In this document: positions 38,765 through 53,810 of the stretch, piece after piece
How positions within the stretch are numbered: position 1 is the first letter of the stretch
How the letters are laid out: each line of letters begins with the position of its first letter
Position numbers and translations under genes: made by a program
Notes under the pieces: model-generated
Database searches by the model: none
What the model saw: only the letters and a program-made list of their open reading frames with translations
Told to the model about the DNA's origin: nothing
NCBI GenBank assembly: GCA_028534125.1
Contig: CM052816.1
Coordinates: forward strand, 50,346,001 to 50,410,000
DNA: 64,000 bases
Direction of reading: 5' to 3'
Source: Lama glama
Taxonomy: Eukaryota

Positions 38765-41700
38765 TGATGGACTGCTCACCTAAAATATTGCAGCTACACA
38801 ACTACTTAATGAGACCACTTAAAAGCTGATTCAGAACACAGAGTTAAAACTTCCTCACTACAGTTTAAGAAGCAACATCTGTGAAAAGTTATAACAATAT
38901 TTTTAACATTGTTTAAAACAATGTGTTAGAACTCTGCGTTTTAAGAAGACATCCATTGCAAAGAAGACTAAATCATGTCTGTGTGCTTCACATGAGATAT
39001 GTGAATCTATATAGTTTTACTTGCTAGACTCTAGAAACAAAGACTATATATAAAGTGTCTAAAGACTAGACAAGTATTTTTTTGTACTTTTGGCCCAAAC
39101 TATTTTAATGGTTTTATTCTGCAGCTGAGATGATGTTGAACTCCTCCTTTTAGAGGTGTAACCAATGTGTTCCAATCACTAGAATTCTCTTAGAAAATGA
39201 CCCTGCTGTGCACAGAAAGACCATTATTCAGACAAGTAGGAGGTTTTCTGAGTGATAGGATTGAGGGGAGGAAGGTCTTGTATACAAACTAAAATTTTGT
39301 TCTTGAGGTGCATTTAATGCCTAAAACTCTAGAATTATGGTTGAAAGGTTCTTATGTATTTAAAATCACTGATGCTTGAGAATTTTGAGATTTCATATTC
39401 CAAACTAGGGCCCTAAAGAATGCTATCTTTCAGACTGTCACCAGCCCTTTTTTGGGAGGGAAGGAGGCAGACTGCATGAGGGTGCTATACTTAAGTACTT
39501 CCGAAAATGATTAAACAAGTAAAATGAATTATTTACTATGGATTTTTTTTCAGAGCCTTTAATATGTAAATCTCCAAGTTTTGGGGGTTGGCACATAAGG
39601 GATTGTCGGGGCTATGGTACACAGCAATTTCTAAACTTTGTTTAATGTGGAAGACTTTGTATGGTGCCTATGAAGATCTGCATGTAATTTCACAGAATGA
39701 AGTCTGTAAACGATACCATAAAGAATAGATTCTGAACTCAGTATCATTTAACTTCAAGAAACATCTGAGCTCTCTTCCTCCCACCTATCCAAATCTCAGA
39801 GCTAGAGGCATTTTGTTACTACCTATATATTTAGCAGCAATTCTGACCACAGAAACTAATGCTTTTTCTAGCCAAGGGTCATTTAAAGAGGAGCTCAAAA
39901 TTAAGTTAGAGTTGCTTTGGGTTTGTGATAACCCTTGTTCCTGCTCTAATAGGAACTTCACACCCCGGTTCTGGTACCTAGGGCTGTATGGTATAGCCCT
40001 GTGTCTGGCTCCCTGTCTTGGTCCCAGGCATAATCCTGATTGGTTATAACTTTGGTTTGGCTCTCTTCTTCGCCATTTCTCCTGGGATCTGGAGCCCTGA
40101 TTCTGAAACAAAGGTTTCATTTATAGGTCCCTTGTTCAGATACTAGTTTCAATACTTTTCAATACTTACCTTTATTAGTGAAAAGTAGTTTGCTTTTGAG
40201 AAAGAGAAATGAGGAACAGAACAGCTATAAAAAGGTAAAGTAGAATTTCCAGGTGGGGAGAAACAATTGGAAACATTTGAAGATGTGACAAGCATTTAAG
40301 TATTAATTAAATCATTTAAATTGAGCATTTTGTTAGTTGGTTGACATCATTAACTGGTTGCTAATTTTAATAGGAGTGGGACAGTGACTCAATTTTGACA
40401 AATAAGTAAATAATGATTGGATTAACCATTTTGTTAAAATAATTCAACTGGTTTAAACCTAGTCACAGTGACTTCATGTCATACCAAGAAAATGGTATTA
40501 ATAGACTTCGATTATATTAGCTTTTTTAGGATGTGGAAAGAATTAATAAGAGCTCTTAAATTTAAAAAAAATTGAAATGAAAATGCTGCCTTGGTTACTT
40601 TGCCACACGATGAAGTATTAAAAATTTAAGCCATGTGCCTAATAAAGCCCAAATATAGTGCTATTTAATTTGGATACACATTGTACCATTGTATATTTAT
40701 AGAAAGTAATTTTACAATGTTCTTGCTTACACTCAGGATTTAACCTGATGATATTAATAAAGTATACATGTATGAAAGTAATTTCACAGTTTCTGTCATC
40801 TTTGTCAGCTGGTTCATTTTGTTTAATATAAGGAATTAAAAGGACATACCAAACAACTCTGCAAATCATAATGTTAAGTGATGTAAGATAGTAAATAGCA
40901 AGGAATGTACAGCATATGGTTATGTTGAGTAATAGCTCTTAATGTTGATGCTGGTTGACAGAACAGGATGAGAGTTCCCCAAGCATAATCATATTGTGTG
41001 AATTAGTCACACTAAATTTTTTAATGAGTATTTATCAATATATACCAGATTCAAGGATTTCAGAGTCTTACTAAAAAAAGCGAGAAATAATCAAAGATCT
41101 AAAAATATTTCTGAAAAGAACATTTTTATTTACCAAAAAGAGGCAAAATGTCAGTATACTTCTGCACCTCAGGACTGCTAACACATGCCAATTTAAGCTA
41201 TTATTCCTGTGAGCACTCTACATATGTTTAAGTGTGTTTTCAATTTTCTTGTTTCCTGTGTTGCAAAAGAATGAAAGTTTTATTATTGGGAATCCAAAAC
41301 TGTACAACATTAAGCAGTTTGAAAGCAGAGTTAGAAATGAAAAAGAAATTAAGTACAATAGCTTTAGATAATTTTAAATGATTATATCTAAGAAGACACA
41401 ACATGGCTAAAATATTAGAAACTTCTAGTCAATCTAATATTTTGATAACCCTTAGGAAGAGTTAAAAAAATATCAAAAGGGAAGAAAAACAGAAGGAAAG
41501 TTCTCTGTGATGTGAGAAATAGAAATGCTATCATACACATGAGAAAAGGCTGCATTTTTAACGGGGACCACACAGCCTGGCTGGGACTGGCCTCTGAGCA
41601 GCCCTCAGCCTCCTGGTACTCCCCCGCTTCCTGGCTCCCTCCACTCCCATCACACTCACACAGTCACCTAGGCGCATGCTCACAGGCTGCTTCCTCTGCC

Positions 41701-44700
41701 TACATCTCTGCCCTCTACTCCACTATTGTACTCCTCGTATGTATGTAATCATGAGTAATGCTTGTCTTCTACATCGTAGACTAAACTTTATGACATCAGG
41801 GACTGTTTCTAGTTTGCTCAACATGTAAACATCTGTTAAAAGAACGATACATGAATGAATGACTGGGGGAAAGTCACAGTCAGGATTATTTTGTTCTCAA
41901 TAAACAACAGTATCTACTACGTATTACCTTAGACAATGTGGAATCATGTGGTAGTCATACAATGAATGCAAATTCTAATGAGAGACTATTGCAGGAGATA
42001 CAGAGGAAATACCATTGAAGGATTGACAAAAACATTTGAAATCCAGCATATGCTTAGAATTGAAAACAAATACGAAGTCAGGCTTCCCACCTAAATTTAA
42101 TGGGACATAATGGTTAATATGCCATGGTAATGTGACTATAAACTCAAAACTTTATGTGCAATCTTTTCACCACTAAGAGAAATATATAAAAACCATACAA
42201 TACATTAGTCTAGGTTAGTCTTTTCCAGTTAAATATGGCTAAGGACGCAGGGAAAATGAATATGATAGAGTATCTTTGCTTACATACAAAATTCTTTACG
42301 TATTCAGAATTTTGAAAATGCTTGATAATGGTCATTTGAGAGTGCCTTCTATTCAATGTCCTTAGACCATACACTTAAGGAGGTAACTATCCAAATATTT
42401 CATGTACTTTTACCAGGTAGTATAGGTTTATAAGCAAGTAGTACCTTCTTTAGTAAACTGGAAGGTAACACCATGTAGTTAAACAGCTTCGTACCCAGTA
42501 ATAATTGGTTAATGTGAATGAATAGTTTAATTTGATAAGATAACAACAGTAATAACAAAGTAATAACAATTAAACTGGTTTTATGGCTAAATCTGGCAAG
42601 TTGAAATAACTTATTCTCACAAAGACAGTCTCTTATTCTCTTTTATGAACAATGGTGAATATGTCATTCATTAATCCACCAAAAAACTATCTAAAAGCAT
42701 TCACTAGCTATATGACCTTGGATAAGTTATGTAAACTTTGTGTACCTTTATACAGCATATCTTTTTTACATTATTTAACAGAATTAGGTCAGTATTTCCA
42801 GAGTAAGTAGTTTGCACTTAAGGTGGTATCATTATTTCCTAGAGACTTAGAAAATTACGTTTGTCTAGAGTTATAAACTATTTTTAAGACATTAGGGCTA
42901 TAACAGTTTTTCAGAACTTCCAAAAAACATACTGGAATAGTTAATTATAAACACTGTGACTATGACAAATGCACTTTTTAGCTTCCTTTTTTTTTGTTAA
43001 TATTTTCTTAATTTTCTTACATGGCTAAAGAATAATTGTTTTCATATAAAGATGGAATTTTACTTCATTAAGCAGATTGCCAAATAACATCTGACAATCT
43101 GTTGAGAAAGTGTCTGTATTATAGCTTTTACATTTATTTACAGAATCTAAATCATGTGCTAAATTTTGCTGTATGAAAGATATCCAGCGGTTCACGATCA
43201 TGTTGTTATCTACTCATTAAATGGTGTTTTAGAGCCCAGACACTCCGGGAAGGCACCTTTGCTTTGCCTGGTTCTTTACATCTGTCTGAGGGAAAACTTG
43301 TTGTCTTTCTACTGCGGACAAACATAGGAAGGAGCTACGAAAGGGTCAGAATAAAGAAACTGGACTAACTTGGGTCATCACTATGTGGTCTCACTATTTT
43401 GTTTAATCTTAATGCCTGGAATTTTAGGCATACTTATTATCAAAAGCAAATAAATATATGGGGCTTGACTTCACTTTTCCACCTTTAATATGACATAAAA
43501 CACCTTAACAATATCTTACAGAATATGGTAAACATTTCCATAGCTTTCAGACACATTTTCTGGTGAAAACTATTTATTACTTTAATTGGTTAAAATAACT
43601 TTATTTCCTTTTATATTTGATATGCATAGTTTATCTAGAAACTTTGAAAGTTTATTTACTTATTTATTATTATTTATTTATTTATTTAATTGATTTACTT
43701 CTTTCAGCTGAAAAATAACGTAACTTTTATCATGTGCAGCTGAATTACAATTAATATTTGATAACGCCATCTTGTTAACTCAGAAGGAACTACATTATTA
43801 TACTTTTTCCCATGAACACAAATTAAACGTGATGTACAAAGAACACATTCTGACCTCTAATATTGACATGCTACTGGGATGGGACTGGAGATTCCACCAA
43901 TGAGCTCCAAGCATACCTCTCTAACATGTATCAAAAGTGGACTTCAGATTCAAATAAATACCCTGTAACTATTCCCACTTACCACATATTTTTTAATTAA
44001 TAAAACTCCAAAGATTCCAATTAAGAACCTTAAGGCTAGTGTTCCCTCATTTCATTCTTGCAATCACAAAATTATTTGTGTACATCTCTGTTTCTCAATA
44101 GATTATGAGCCCCTTGAGGCAATGGATCAAGCACAGGCTTTGAAATAAAACACTGGCTATGCCGCTCTGAAAAAATAACTATAAACTTGGTTGTTTTTCA
44201 TCTGTAAGAAGGGAAATTGAATATCTACCTTGTAGAGTTTGTGTCAGATTTAAATGAAAGATCATATATAAAGCATTTATCATAATTCTTACTTATCTTT
44301 GTATCACCCTCTTCTCCTACACCTTGTCACTATACCAGTGACATAGTATCAAAATAAATGAGTAAATTTAAAATTTTCCATGATTTTGTTTTATAGATTA
44401 GTATTGCTATAGATTGGTGTATGTATAGATTAGTATAGATCAGTATTAAGTCTTTTAAAGAGTATAAAATAATCCATGATATTTAGAAACATCCTAAAAA
44501 TTTTACATTCTGAAATGCTTCTAAAAACCTAAATTTAAAAGATGCATACTTTTCTCACCAGAAAACATACAGCCATATTTTATCTGCTTAATGAATGTTA
44601 ACTGACAATAACTAATAAGTGTGCAATTTATTACTAAATTATATCCATGTTTTGAAAGTAGTGAATAGTTAAAAGTGTAATAGAATTTTAGATATTGGGA

Positions 44701-46564
44701 GAGATTTTACAGATAATCTAGTTCACTCCTTTCATTTTTTACAGAAGAGAAAATTAAATCTCAGAAAGGTAAATGGCTTACACAAAGTCCGACAGGCGAA
44801 ACAGAAAAACTGAACCATAAGTATCTAAGATCATCACTTCCCCCTTCATTTCTTTCCTGAGACACGCAGCTGGAGAAGCCAAGAGAAGTGAAACAAAGAA
44901 AAATTATGGAAGATGCCCACTGGAAATGTCTGAAGAAACTAGAGGTCACAGAATTTGTTCAAAATTAGCCAAGGGAACTCCCAAGTTTAGGGTTATGGGC
45001 CATTATCTTTTTTCACCCCTAAATGGAAAACTAACCACATCTGCATTTGTTTGGGAGGCTATAGCTAAGTGTATCAACCTAACTGCTGTACGTGTTGTTG
45101 ATGAGAAGTTATCAGAGAAAAAAGGCGATTAGAAAGGCAGGAAATAGGTAGCAGTTTAAATTGAAAACAGAAATAAGTATTAATTGTTCATATTTGATCA
45201 CTACTTGTCATCAACTTCTAAGGCCTTTTTCTAAGTTTTCTTTACAGTTAAGGGCTTGTTTTTGTCTTGTAAAAGCTTTGTAATTTTTTTTAATGAAAAG
45301 AACTGGGAAAGTAGAACTAGTACTTGAAATTTTATGAGCCATAAAATTTCAGTAGGCTATATTTAAAGTGGAAAAAAATCTCAAAAGTATACAAAATAAA
45401 ATATGAACAAAACATAGAATTCATCTTTTTGTTTTATTTGGGCAAAGGAAGAGAAATTGTAAAGTGGGTATCAACCATTCAGCATCTGACTGATAAACAC
45501 TTAACCAAATTTTCGTTATTCTCTAAAATGCTTCCTGATATCTAACATATGCTTTTCATTTCTACTTAGAAACAGATGAGCCTAAGTCCACAATGATATA
45601 ATTACCATACAATTCAAGAACAGTGAAATTGTTTATGTCAACTTTTGAAATAGTGAAAATATACGAAATAAATATTGACATGATCATCCGAACAAAAGGA
45701 GCACAATATGACCTGCATATGTGCTAGTAGAAACAAACACATTGCCTTTATTAAAGAGCCTAAATAAAATATTTTATCTTGATTTGGATCAAAACTTCTT
45801 TCATCTCTGTACCATGGATTTAAGAAACCTATTTAAGCAATATAGCATGTTCAGAAAATGCTAGCAACCTCAAACCCTTATATTTACTTCACACATAGAA
45901 TGAAAAGACCCAAGATGAGCTTTCCAACTTAAAACCAACAAATTCCATTCCTTCCTCCAGACCCTGGACCAAAAATTTCCTGAGGACAAGAGTTATGTCT
46001 ATTTTCTATTCTCCTGAATCTTGAACATCCAATATTAAACCTGGCACATAACTGATACTCATTACTCATCTGCTTACAGATTGACTGAATACAGTTTTCT
46101 GAATATTTCAAGCTTCTTATAATTTTATTTTTTCTCATATTAATCTATAGAAATAGTTTTGGTACTCTAATGTTTGCAAATTGGAAATATTTTTGGTTCA
46201 ATATTTGAAAGAAATAATACAATACCTTGAACTCTATGAAGCCAGAGGGTTATGAGCTAAGGAATAAATTCAAGTGATAAACATAAACTAGTAAGAGTTT
46301 AGCACACACTGGATTTGCACATGTATGTATTGTCTGAAGACGTAAGGGACACAGTGTAATATACAGGCAGCATTTTCAAGTATAAGTACATCAGGCCAAT
46401 TGTGGAGAGAATAAACGCCCAATGATAAATAGACAAAAACAATTCCACTATTAACTGTTCAATGCTTATTATTACACAAGAAATTCAAAAACTCCCTCTT
46501 GTCACACTGTTAGTTTCCAGAAGGCATGAGTTGTGCCTATCTTGGCATCCTCATTGTCTATAAA

Positions 46565-47021
46565 AGAATCTTAAAACTTTCTGCTTTCAGGACCCCTTTG
46601 TGCTTTTGGAAGCTCTTGATGATATCAAGAGCTTTTGTTCATGTGGGCTATATTTGCCATATTCAAAATTAAAACTGAGAACATTTTAATATATACATAA
46701 ATGAACTTAAAAAGAGTAATAAATCCCATATATAATAACATGAATAGCATATTCTTTATAGAAATCCTTATATCTCCCAAACTAAAAATCTTATGAAGGC
46801 AATGTTTTTTGCACATCTGTTTGATGGCAGGCTTGAATGAAAACAGTTAGATTCTCATTAGCTTCTGCATTCAAACAGATATGACAAGTTATTTTTATTG
46901 AAACATGTAAAGAAATTCTAGCTTCACACAGTTATGGAACTGAAGAAGCAATGACCTTGTGGATCACCACAAAGAGCCTTGGGAACGCCCAGCATCCTAA
47001 TTCTACACTTTGAAAACCAGT
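46565..47021 (+). mobile_element. MER119/Charlie7-like hAT element
   Basis: tcaggacccctttg...aagagcttttgttcatgtggg...gattctcattagcttctgcattcaa...cactttgaaaaccagtg. Confidence 0.6.
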
Positions 47022-47120
47022 GGTGTGTAATATCATCTGTCACAAGGCTACAGTTCAATTACCATTTACTAAACTAATGAAAAGTTTAGAGAAAAAGAAA
47101 TACTTACGATGTATGTCTAT

Positions 47121-47158
47121 TAAATATAAATATAAATATAAATATAAATATAAATATA
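47121..47158. repeat. (TAAATA)n hexanucleotide microsatellite
   Basis: About six copies directly visible; gives the KYKYKY run in the ORF at 47020. Confidence 0.9.
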
Positions 47159-47757
47159 TATCCAAAAGTGCAAATGATTTGTACATTCATTTTGGATTCA
47201 ATTGATAATGCTCTTTATAAATGCAGATTGTTTTGCTGTACTGAAATGTTAATTATCCCAACTTTTTTCAACTCACTACAACTAAATTGGGATGTAGACT
47301 GAAGGGTAATTTGAACCAAAAAATGAAAACCAGTGAAAATAGAGTATATAACTCCAAAATTTAATAGAAACAAATCGATGACTAGAAAGAGACATTTTAC
47401 TTGAAAAAACGCCAACCATAACCAAACCAAGTGGCTAAGTTGAGTGCTATGAGTCTCTTTAAGGCAGTAAATTAGATTGAAATATTTTACTGAACACAAG
47501 CTGGATTTTAATATTTTTAGTTTTCTATATGCCATTTCTAATTAATCTCTAACATATAAAAAAATTGTGCTCATATTTTTAGCACTTCTGCTTTAAATAT
47601 TAATAGGAATTAACCAACTACCAGAGAAAATACATGGCTTTAAACATTTTATGATAAATAGCCTTAAGTAAATTCAGAAATAAAAATATAATTTTAAGAT
47701 TATGTACTAGATTTTTTTAATGCCATCTTACTATTTGGCAAAGAATAAAATGACTTA

Positions 47758-47943
<186 letters not shown>

Positions 47944-49409
47944 TTATGCATATAATTTTTGAGTATAGCATCAACTTGTTGCTTTAGCACTGATATAAAG
48001 TGACATCATTTAAAAAAGAGCAAAACTATTTTTTAAATGTATTCAGATTTGGTGAAGTGAGCCAGTTAGATAGTATGTAATACTTTAATACCAATATAAA
48101 TCCTAAAGTATAGTGTACACGTGGAACAACTTGATCAAAATGGTCTTTGCCTATCTTGAGCAACAATCTTCTCAAATGTAGAGACAGAAGTAAAGCAGAG
48201 GCATCTCTAAAAGGTGTTTGGTGGGGAGGAAACTTCTATAAAAATAACGAAACAAACTGATACTGAACCAGTAATTGTTAGCAGAAATGGGGACTTCTGC
48301 TAGAGATCCAGAGATAATTTTCGCAAACTTTCAGCCAACTGTGGGGAATAAGGACAAGAAAAATCTAAGAAAATACAAACAGATGTCTCTAACGGGGCTA
48401 AACCATTAAATTACCACCAAAATGTCTGATACACATGAAACAGAAGCAACAACAGAAACATGCTTGATTTATATTTCTTTATTCTCTAGAAACACCTTAG
48501 TTGCAAAGAGTTTTAGGGGAGTTCAGAATATTCGTTCTATCATCCAATACACAATATATTCTGCTATGACATGTCTCTGTAAAAGAAAAGAACTCCTTCG
48601 CTATTGGTAAATCATGAACAATGTCAATATAATTTGGACTCTGGATATCTTTTTGGTTCTTACGATTTTTTTCCAGCATGTTAATATTTTAAAGTGATCA
48701 GAGGCAAGCTTTCATCTCAATTAGAGAGAAAGCCTTAGCAACATATAAAGGCCTTTAAAAAGTGGAGATGAGTGGCTAAAAATCCTCAACAAGTCCATTC
48801 CTTTAGCACAAATAGGGTAGTTTTAGTGGCGTGAAGAACCCTATACTTTTGAAAAGATGAGCTCTCTGCTGAAGCTGCAATATACTGAAGAAGCTGCAAC
48901 ATAGCTGAAGGTGCTGTGAAGACATTTCTCCCTGTATCTTGAACCAGATGTTTAATTCTGATGAAAATTCTGGAATCAAATGTGTTTAATAACTCCCATC
49001 TCCATCTGAGAGGAACTGTGATGATGCAAAGGGTTAGCTGTCTGTGATGCGTGGTGCGTATGTTGTTAGAGATTTAACGGAGTTAACATTTTTTTTTTAG
49101 GACTGTAACTAGAGAACTAACAATAACAATGTAAAGCTACAGAGATTTTAAGTGGTCTGCCCAAACCTCAACTCTTCTCCCATAAGCTCTATTAATCTGA
49201 GTGTGCTATTTTGCAGAATGAGTGGTTTTTCAGGCACACACATGCCGCATTCTAGAAGAAAAGTCTATATTTTGAGTTCTCATTCTGTGTAGTCCAGGCT
49301 TCTCTGAGTGACCTAGCATCATTAAGGCACTATTGACCACTCTCTTGAAATGCTTCTTTTGATTTGTTCTCCCTTAAAATAACTATTATTTTTGAGAAAG
49401 CATACACTG

Positions 49410-49550
49410 GACCCTTTGCTATGGGTTTATAAATATTATCTTATTAACCTTTAACTTTGTGTAGTACTTACTATTAATAACTTCATTTTGTTTACGAGAA
49501 GACTCGGGCTTTAGAGAGGTTAAGTAACTTACCCAAATCACACAGCTTTT
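49410..49550 (-). mobile_element. MIR SINE
   Basis: tactattaataacttcattttg...gagaagactcgggctttagagaggttaagtaacttacccaaatcacacagct. Confidence 0.75.
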
Positions 49551-52500
49551 GCTGTTATATTTTATCATTATGACAATTAAAAATATTTCTGCCTGGTGGG
49601 TAAATTATTTCTTGATAAAACATTAACTGAATGTCCATCAGAGCATATTTTACTTTCCAAAGCTGATTAAGTTATTAAGACACTTATGTTCCACTAGATT
49701 TCTTGCACAATATTTTGTTAACCCTAAAAATGTATTAGGAGTACAGAAAGGTAAATTAAAAATGGTGGTTCTCTGAATATATCCCAGCTGAATGATTTCC
49801 CTATTTTTATTAAGCTATAAGGTGACTAAAAGTTCTGGTTTCCTGATTTCTTACCCAGTCAGCTCTCACCTAGGGTTTACTGAATCATTTAAGCAATCAA
49901 CAAAGTACAGTCTTGTCTATGAACAAAACTAGCAAAAATGTCAGAGTTAGAGGATGTTTCACCTGCAGATAGACTTGTAAAATGGAGACAGCTTGCACCT
50001 AATGACATGTCCAATATCTATGAAGGAAGAATGTGAAGTTTACATTAAAATATAAGGTGAACTTTCAAAACAGAAAGTTAAAGTTCTGCCATTCATTTCA
50101 AAACTTCAAATAATGACTTACACATTGGCACCTAATAGGATTTTTAAACTATTTGTTGCAACGTCTAGAATTTACTTTAAAATGCAATGTGATTAAATGT
50201 GTGTGCTAGTAAGAGTGAGCTCTAACCCGTGTGTCACACCTACTCAAGAATCACAGACCAGGAGCCATTTGTTGGGATTCTAAAAATAAAGTCTATATTC
50301 TTCAGGGGGCTACCAGACGTACTTTCGTTATTTGCACCTCAATCAATACCTGATGATTTACTAATCAGTATACTGAATGACAAAATGTGTATCTACTGGT
50401 GAAAACAAGGCATGAAAACAAGCATGATGAACACAGCATATAAGCCCTCATGAGTGAAATTAAAGACATTTAAGATACACAAATTAGCTAAAATACTTTA
50501 GAGATAGCCCCCACCATTTTATGAAGAGGCTATATGAATCTAATGAGTTCTGTCTACTCTTAAAGATGGTGCCCTGTGCTAAATCTTCAAGTAGTTCTGT
50601 GTCTAGTTGTGAACTCTGGATGATTGTGATTGCCTGATGCCAGGAAGAATTGCTAGTCTTGCCGCAGGAATGTTTCTATTTGCCAAAAGTGAACATTTTC
50701 TATGAAAGGGTGACTGGGATACCTAAAAGGACACACATCTAGAATTTCTTCAAGCTTATAGAACAGGTTCATGAATTATTTGTACTTACTTGCTGGCAAA
50801 TATTTACTTGATAATTATCTGTATATGTGGGCAAACTTAATCTGATATTTCATTAAGATTATTCCTACACTTTAAACTTCTTGGTGGCTACTATTATATA
50901 TATACCACAAATAACTTAAGTTTTGTATAACCAAGTGTTTCAGGTCAGTGAAATCGTTCACTGCACCGTTTTTATTCCTTTCTCTTAACAATTAAGGTAA
51001 AGCTGTCTGCAACACTGCCATAAGAAAGAGGGGTTACCACAAAGCTTAATTACTGGTTAAACAGAATGTATCTTTTTTGGTTTGTGTTTGCAACAGGAGA
51101 AACAGTTTCCCCTTCAGTTTATTACATATATGCAATAGCATATTGGACTGTAATAGACTGGATTAATTCATATATTCCTTTAGCATGAAGTTTTGATAAA
51201 AAGCATATAGGCTTTTAAAAGGGAAAACATTCTATCCTATCCTATCCTCTTCACCCTGCAAGGCCAGAAACCAGGAGAATGAGGCACTACTCCAACATCT
51301 GGTACCTACATATTAAATTGCTCATCTCAAGCATTCCTCAAATTTCAGTCCATCCCACATCTATCCTGAACTTGTATTGATATTTGGTCCTCTCATTCCA
51401 TTTGGTCTCGGTGCTGGCTACTTTATTTCTGCTCTGACACTGGAGGCCTTGAACAATGATTCTGTGTCTCTAAACAAGCAGAGCTGTACTATATACAAGA
51501 GAAGGGATCTGAATTGCACCTACAAGAAGTCAAATATGGGATTTCTAAAATGTCTATATTATTTATAACCTGACATATTTTTAAGGGTGACAAAGTTTTC
51601 ACTTTCAAGTTTTGCATCTCATTTTTAAAGAAAAGAAATCAATTCATACTACGCTTACTACGTTACACATACTCAATTTAGCTGTGAGGAAGAACTTGAA
51701 TAGAGTTGGAAAAGAACGGCAAATTTTCAAAAGGTAATGAGCACCTGTGTGGCCTGGCTGGAGGAGGGTTCATGGGAGAAAAAGATGCAGGAAATGAGAA
51801 TGGATAAGTATGAGCAGCAAGGAAGGAAGGGAAGGAAGGAAGAAAGAGATACAGATATGTTAAATCAATTTGCAAGCTTTCAAATCCAGGCAGAAGAGTA
51901 TGAATTTGATATTGACTGGGGAGTATTTTTTTGAGATTCCACATCCAGAATTCTCAGTTTTTAATACTGTCATCAGTCTCTTTGTCATAACAATATGTTT
52001 TTCACCATTTTCAAGAAATTAAAAAAAAAAAAGGAAAGGTAAGGTCCAGAAAAGCAAAGACAAGAAAAGAACAACAACAAAAAAAAAGACAAGAAAACAA
52101 GACAAAACTATTGCCAATTAACTTACTACAGCTGAAATACTGACTGGCAGGGTTGTGGGATGAATTTCAAGTTCTCATTAGGTTCACTGCATCTAGAAAA
52201 TGGGGAATCTTTACACAAGCCCTGTTATTGTAAAAAGTGGCTCCACAGAACGCCACACTTCTTCTCCCCTGACAGAACTAAAGGAGCTTGGCAGCAGTAG
52301 CTCCGACCTGAGAGCAGACGAGTGTTGGCGTTCCTGGGTGCTCTCAATGTCGAAATGAAATCATAGTGTTGGTTAAACTACTGGCAAACTTAAGTCTCTG
52401 ATCATTAAACACTTAAATCTCAATATTTAAAAAATCATTTTGCTGGCTTATAATGCATTTTACTAAGGCTTCATTATTATCTCCCATCTATGGATTTTTT

Positions 52501-52679
52501 TCCCCTCTTCATATGATACATAGCTTCACATACACAAAGAGTCTATGAAACTCTAGTGGAGATTGCCACCATTCTCCTTCTGGCCCCACTTCAAACACAC
52601 ACACACTTACCTCCAGTCTCTGAAACCACCCCTTCCCCCTAAAAAATTAATGTTCTGAGGCATGTTACTCATGGCAACG

Positions 52680-53240
52680 GCTGCTCAGCTCTTAAATGAC
52701 TGAATGAAGGAGACTTTGATCTTCAAGTCCCTTGACCATGAAAATATGTGTGCTGCCTGCAATATGCCATATCCAAACTGAAAACTTTCAGTGGTTCCCC
52801 AGAGCCTATACAATAAGAGTCCTAACATCCTAGCCCTGCATTCAAATCCCTCTACGGTATGACCACTACCTGCCTCCCTGACCACACCTGCCACAAATCT
52901 ACCACAGTATACAAACTATGGCAAGGGCTCCGGGGCTCCTACATCGTCATTTTTTGTCCCTTACTTTCTTTGTCTTGAATGTCCACCAATCAACTGTGTG
53001 TTCCCTTCCGCCACAGCCCATTTCAGTCATTTCAATCACCTCTAGTAAGATTTCCATCCACAGCAATCTCTCCTTTCTCTATAGGGCTTAGAGTTTGAAC
53101 CACCCATTTTGCAAATACTATCTTGTATTGTTACTCTCTTTTTATGTGTATTGCCTATCCTGCAAGTAGATTACAAATGCCCAACAGCCAGAGGCCATGC
53201 CTTATACTTTGCTATATCCATAATGTAGTACCCAATAGAG
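52680..53240 (+). mobile_element. L2 LINE fragment
   Basis: aaaactttcagtggttcccc...agagtcctaacatcctagccctgcattcaaatccc and agtagattacaaatgccc. Confidence 0.6.
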
Positions 53241-53318
53241 TTATCCACAAGAAACATGAGACTTAACTCTTATTTTGAAATGTTACCTTATTTTTTTAAT
53301 CAAAACTTATTTACTTAT

Positions 53319-53617
53319 NNNNNNNNNNNNNNNNNNNNNNNNNNNNNNNNNNNNNNNNNNNNNNNNNNNNNNNNNNNNNNNNNNNNNNNNNNNNNNNNNN
53401 NNNNNNNNNNNNNNNNNNTCAAAATTGTAGAATAGATAAACAAGATTACACTGTATAGCACAGGGAAATATACACAAAATGTTATGATAAATCACAGAGA
53501 AAAAAATGTGACAATGAGTGTGTATATGTCCATGAATGACTGAAAAATTGTGCTGAACACTGGAACTTGACACAACATTGTAAAATGATTATAAATCAAT
53601 AAAAAATGTTAAAAAAA
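53319..53617 (+). mobile_element. Young camelid-type L1 3' end; its 5' part is hidden in a 100-N gap (53319-53418)
   Basis: Closely similar to the 3'UTR at ~27083-27280. 17-bp perfect TSD aaaacttatttacttat at 53302-53318 and 53618-53634. Confidence 0.9.
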
Positions 53618-53750
53618 AAAACTTATTTACTTATGGACCTCCAGAGGGAGTGTGGAGAAAAATCCTCTTCAAAGTCTCAAGTTTTGCCATTTACCTTGGA
53701 TATATTACAGAATCTCTAAGCTCTTCTGTGAGAAAATTATTATTAACTGC

Positions 53751-53810
53751 AATTAAATAGGATAATAAAAACTGTTTTATAATTAAATAGGATAGTAAAA
53801 ACTGTTTTAT
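53751..53810. repeat. 30-bp tandem duplication (two copies, one mismatch)
   Basis: aattaaataggata(a/g)taaaaactgttttat twice. Confidence 0.92.

Noticed and set aside
40170..40224. 55-nt pseudo-exon on the minus strand (tttttatag|...AAG|gtaagt)
   Set aside because: Pyrimidine-rich body, frameshifting, no similarity to XRCC4; such splice-site pairs are frequent in long introns.
48871..48909. Imperfect ~19-bp tandem repeat (also short duplications at ~4608-4632 and tatagattag repeats at ~44392-44445)
   Set aside because: Ordinary slippage duplications with no spacer structure; not CRISPR-like.
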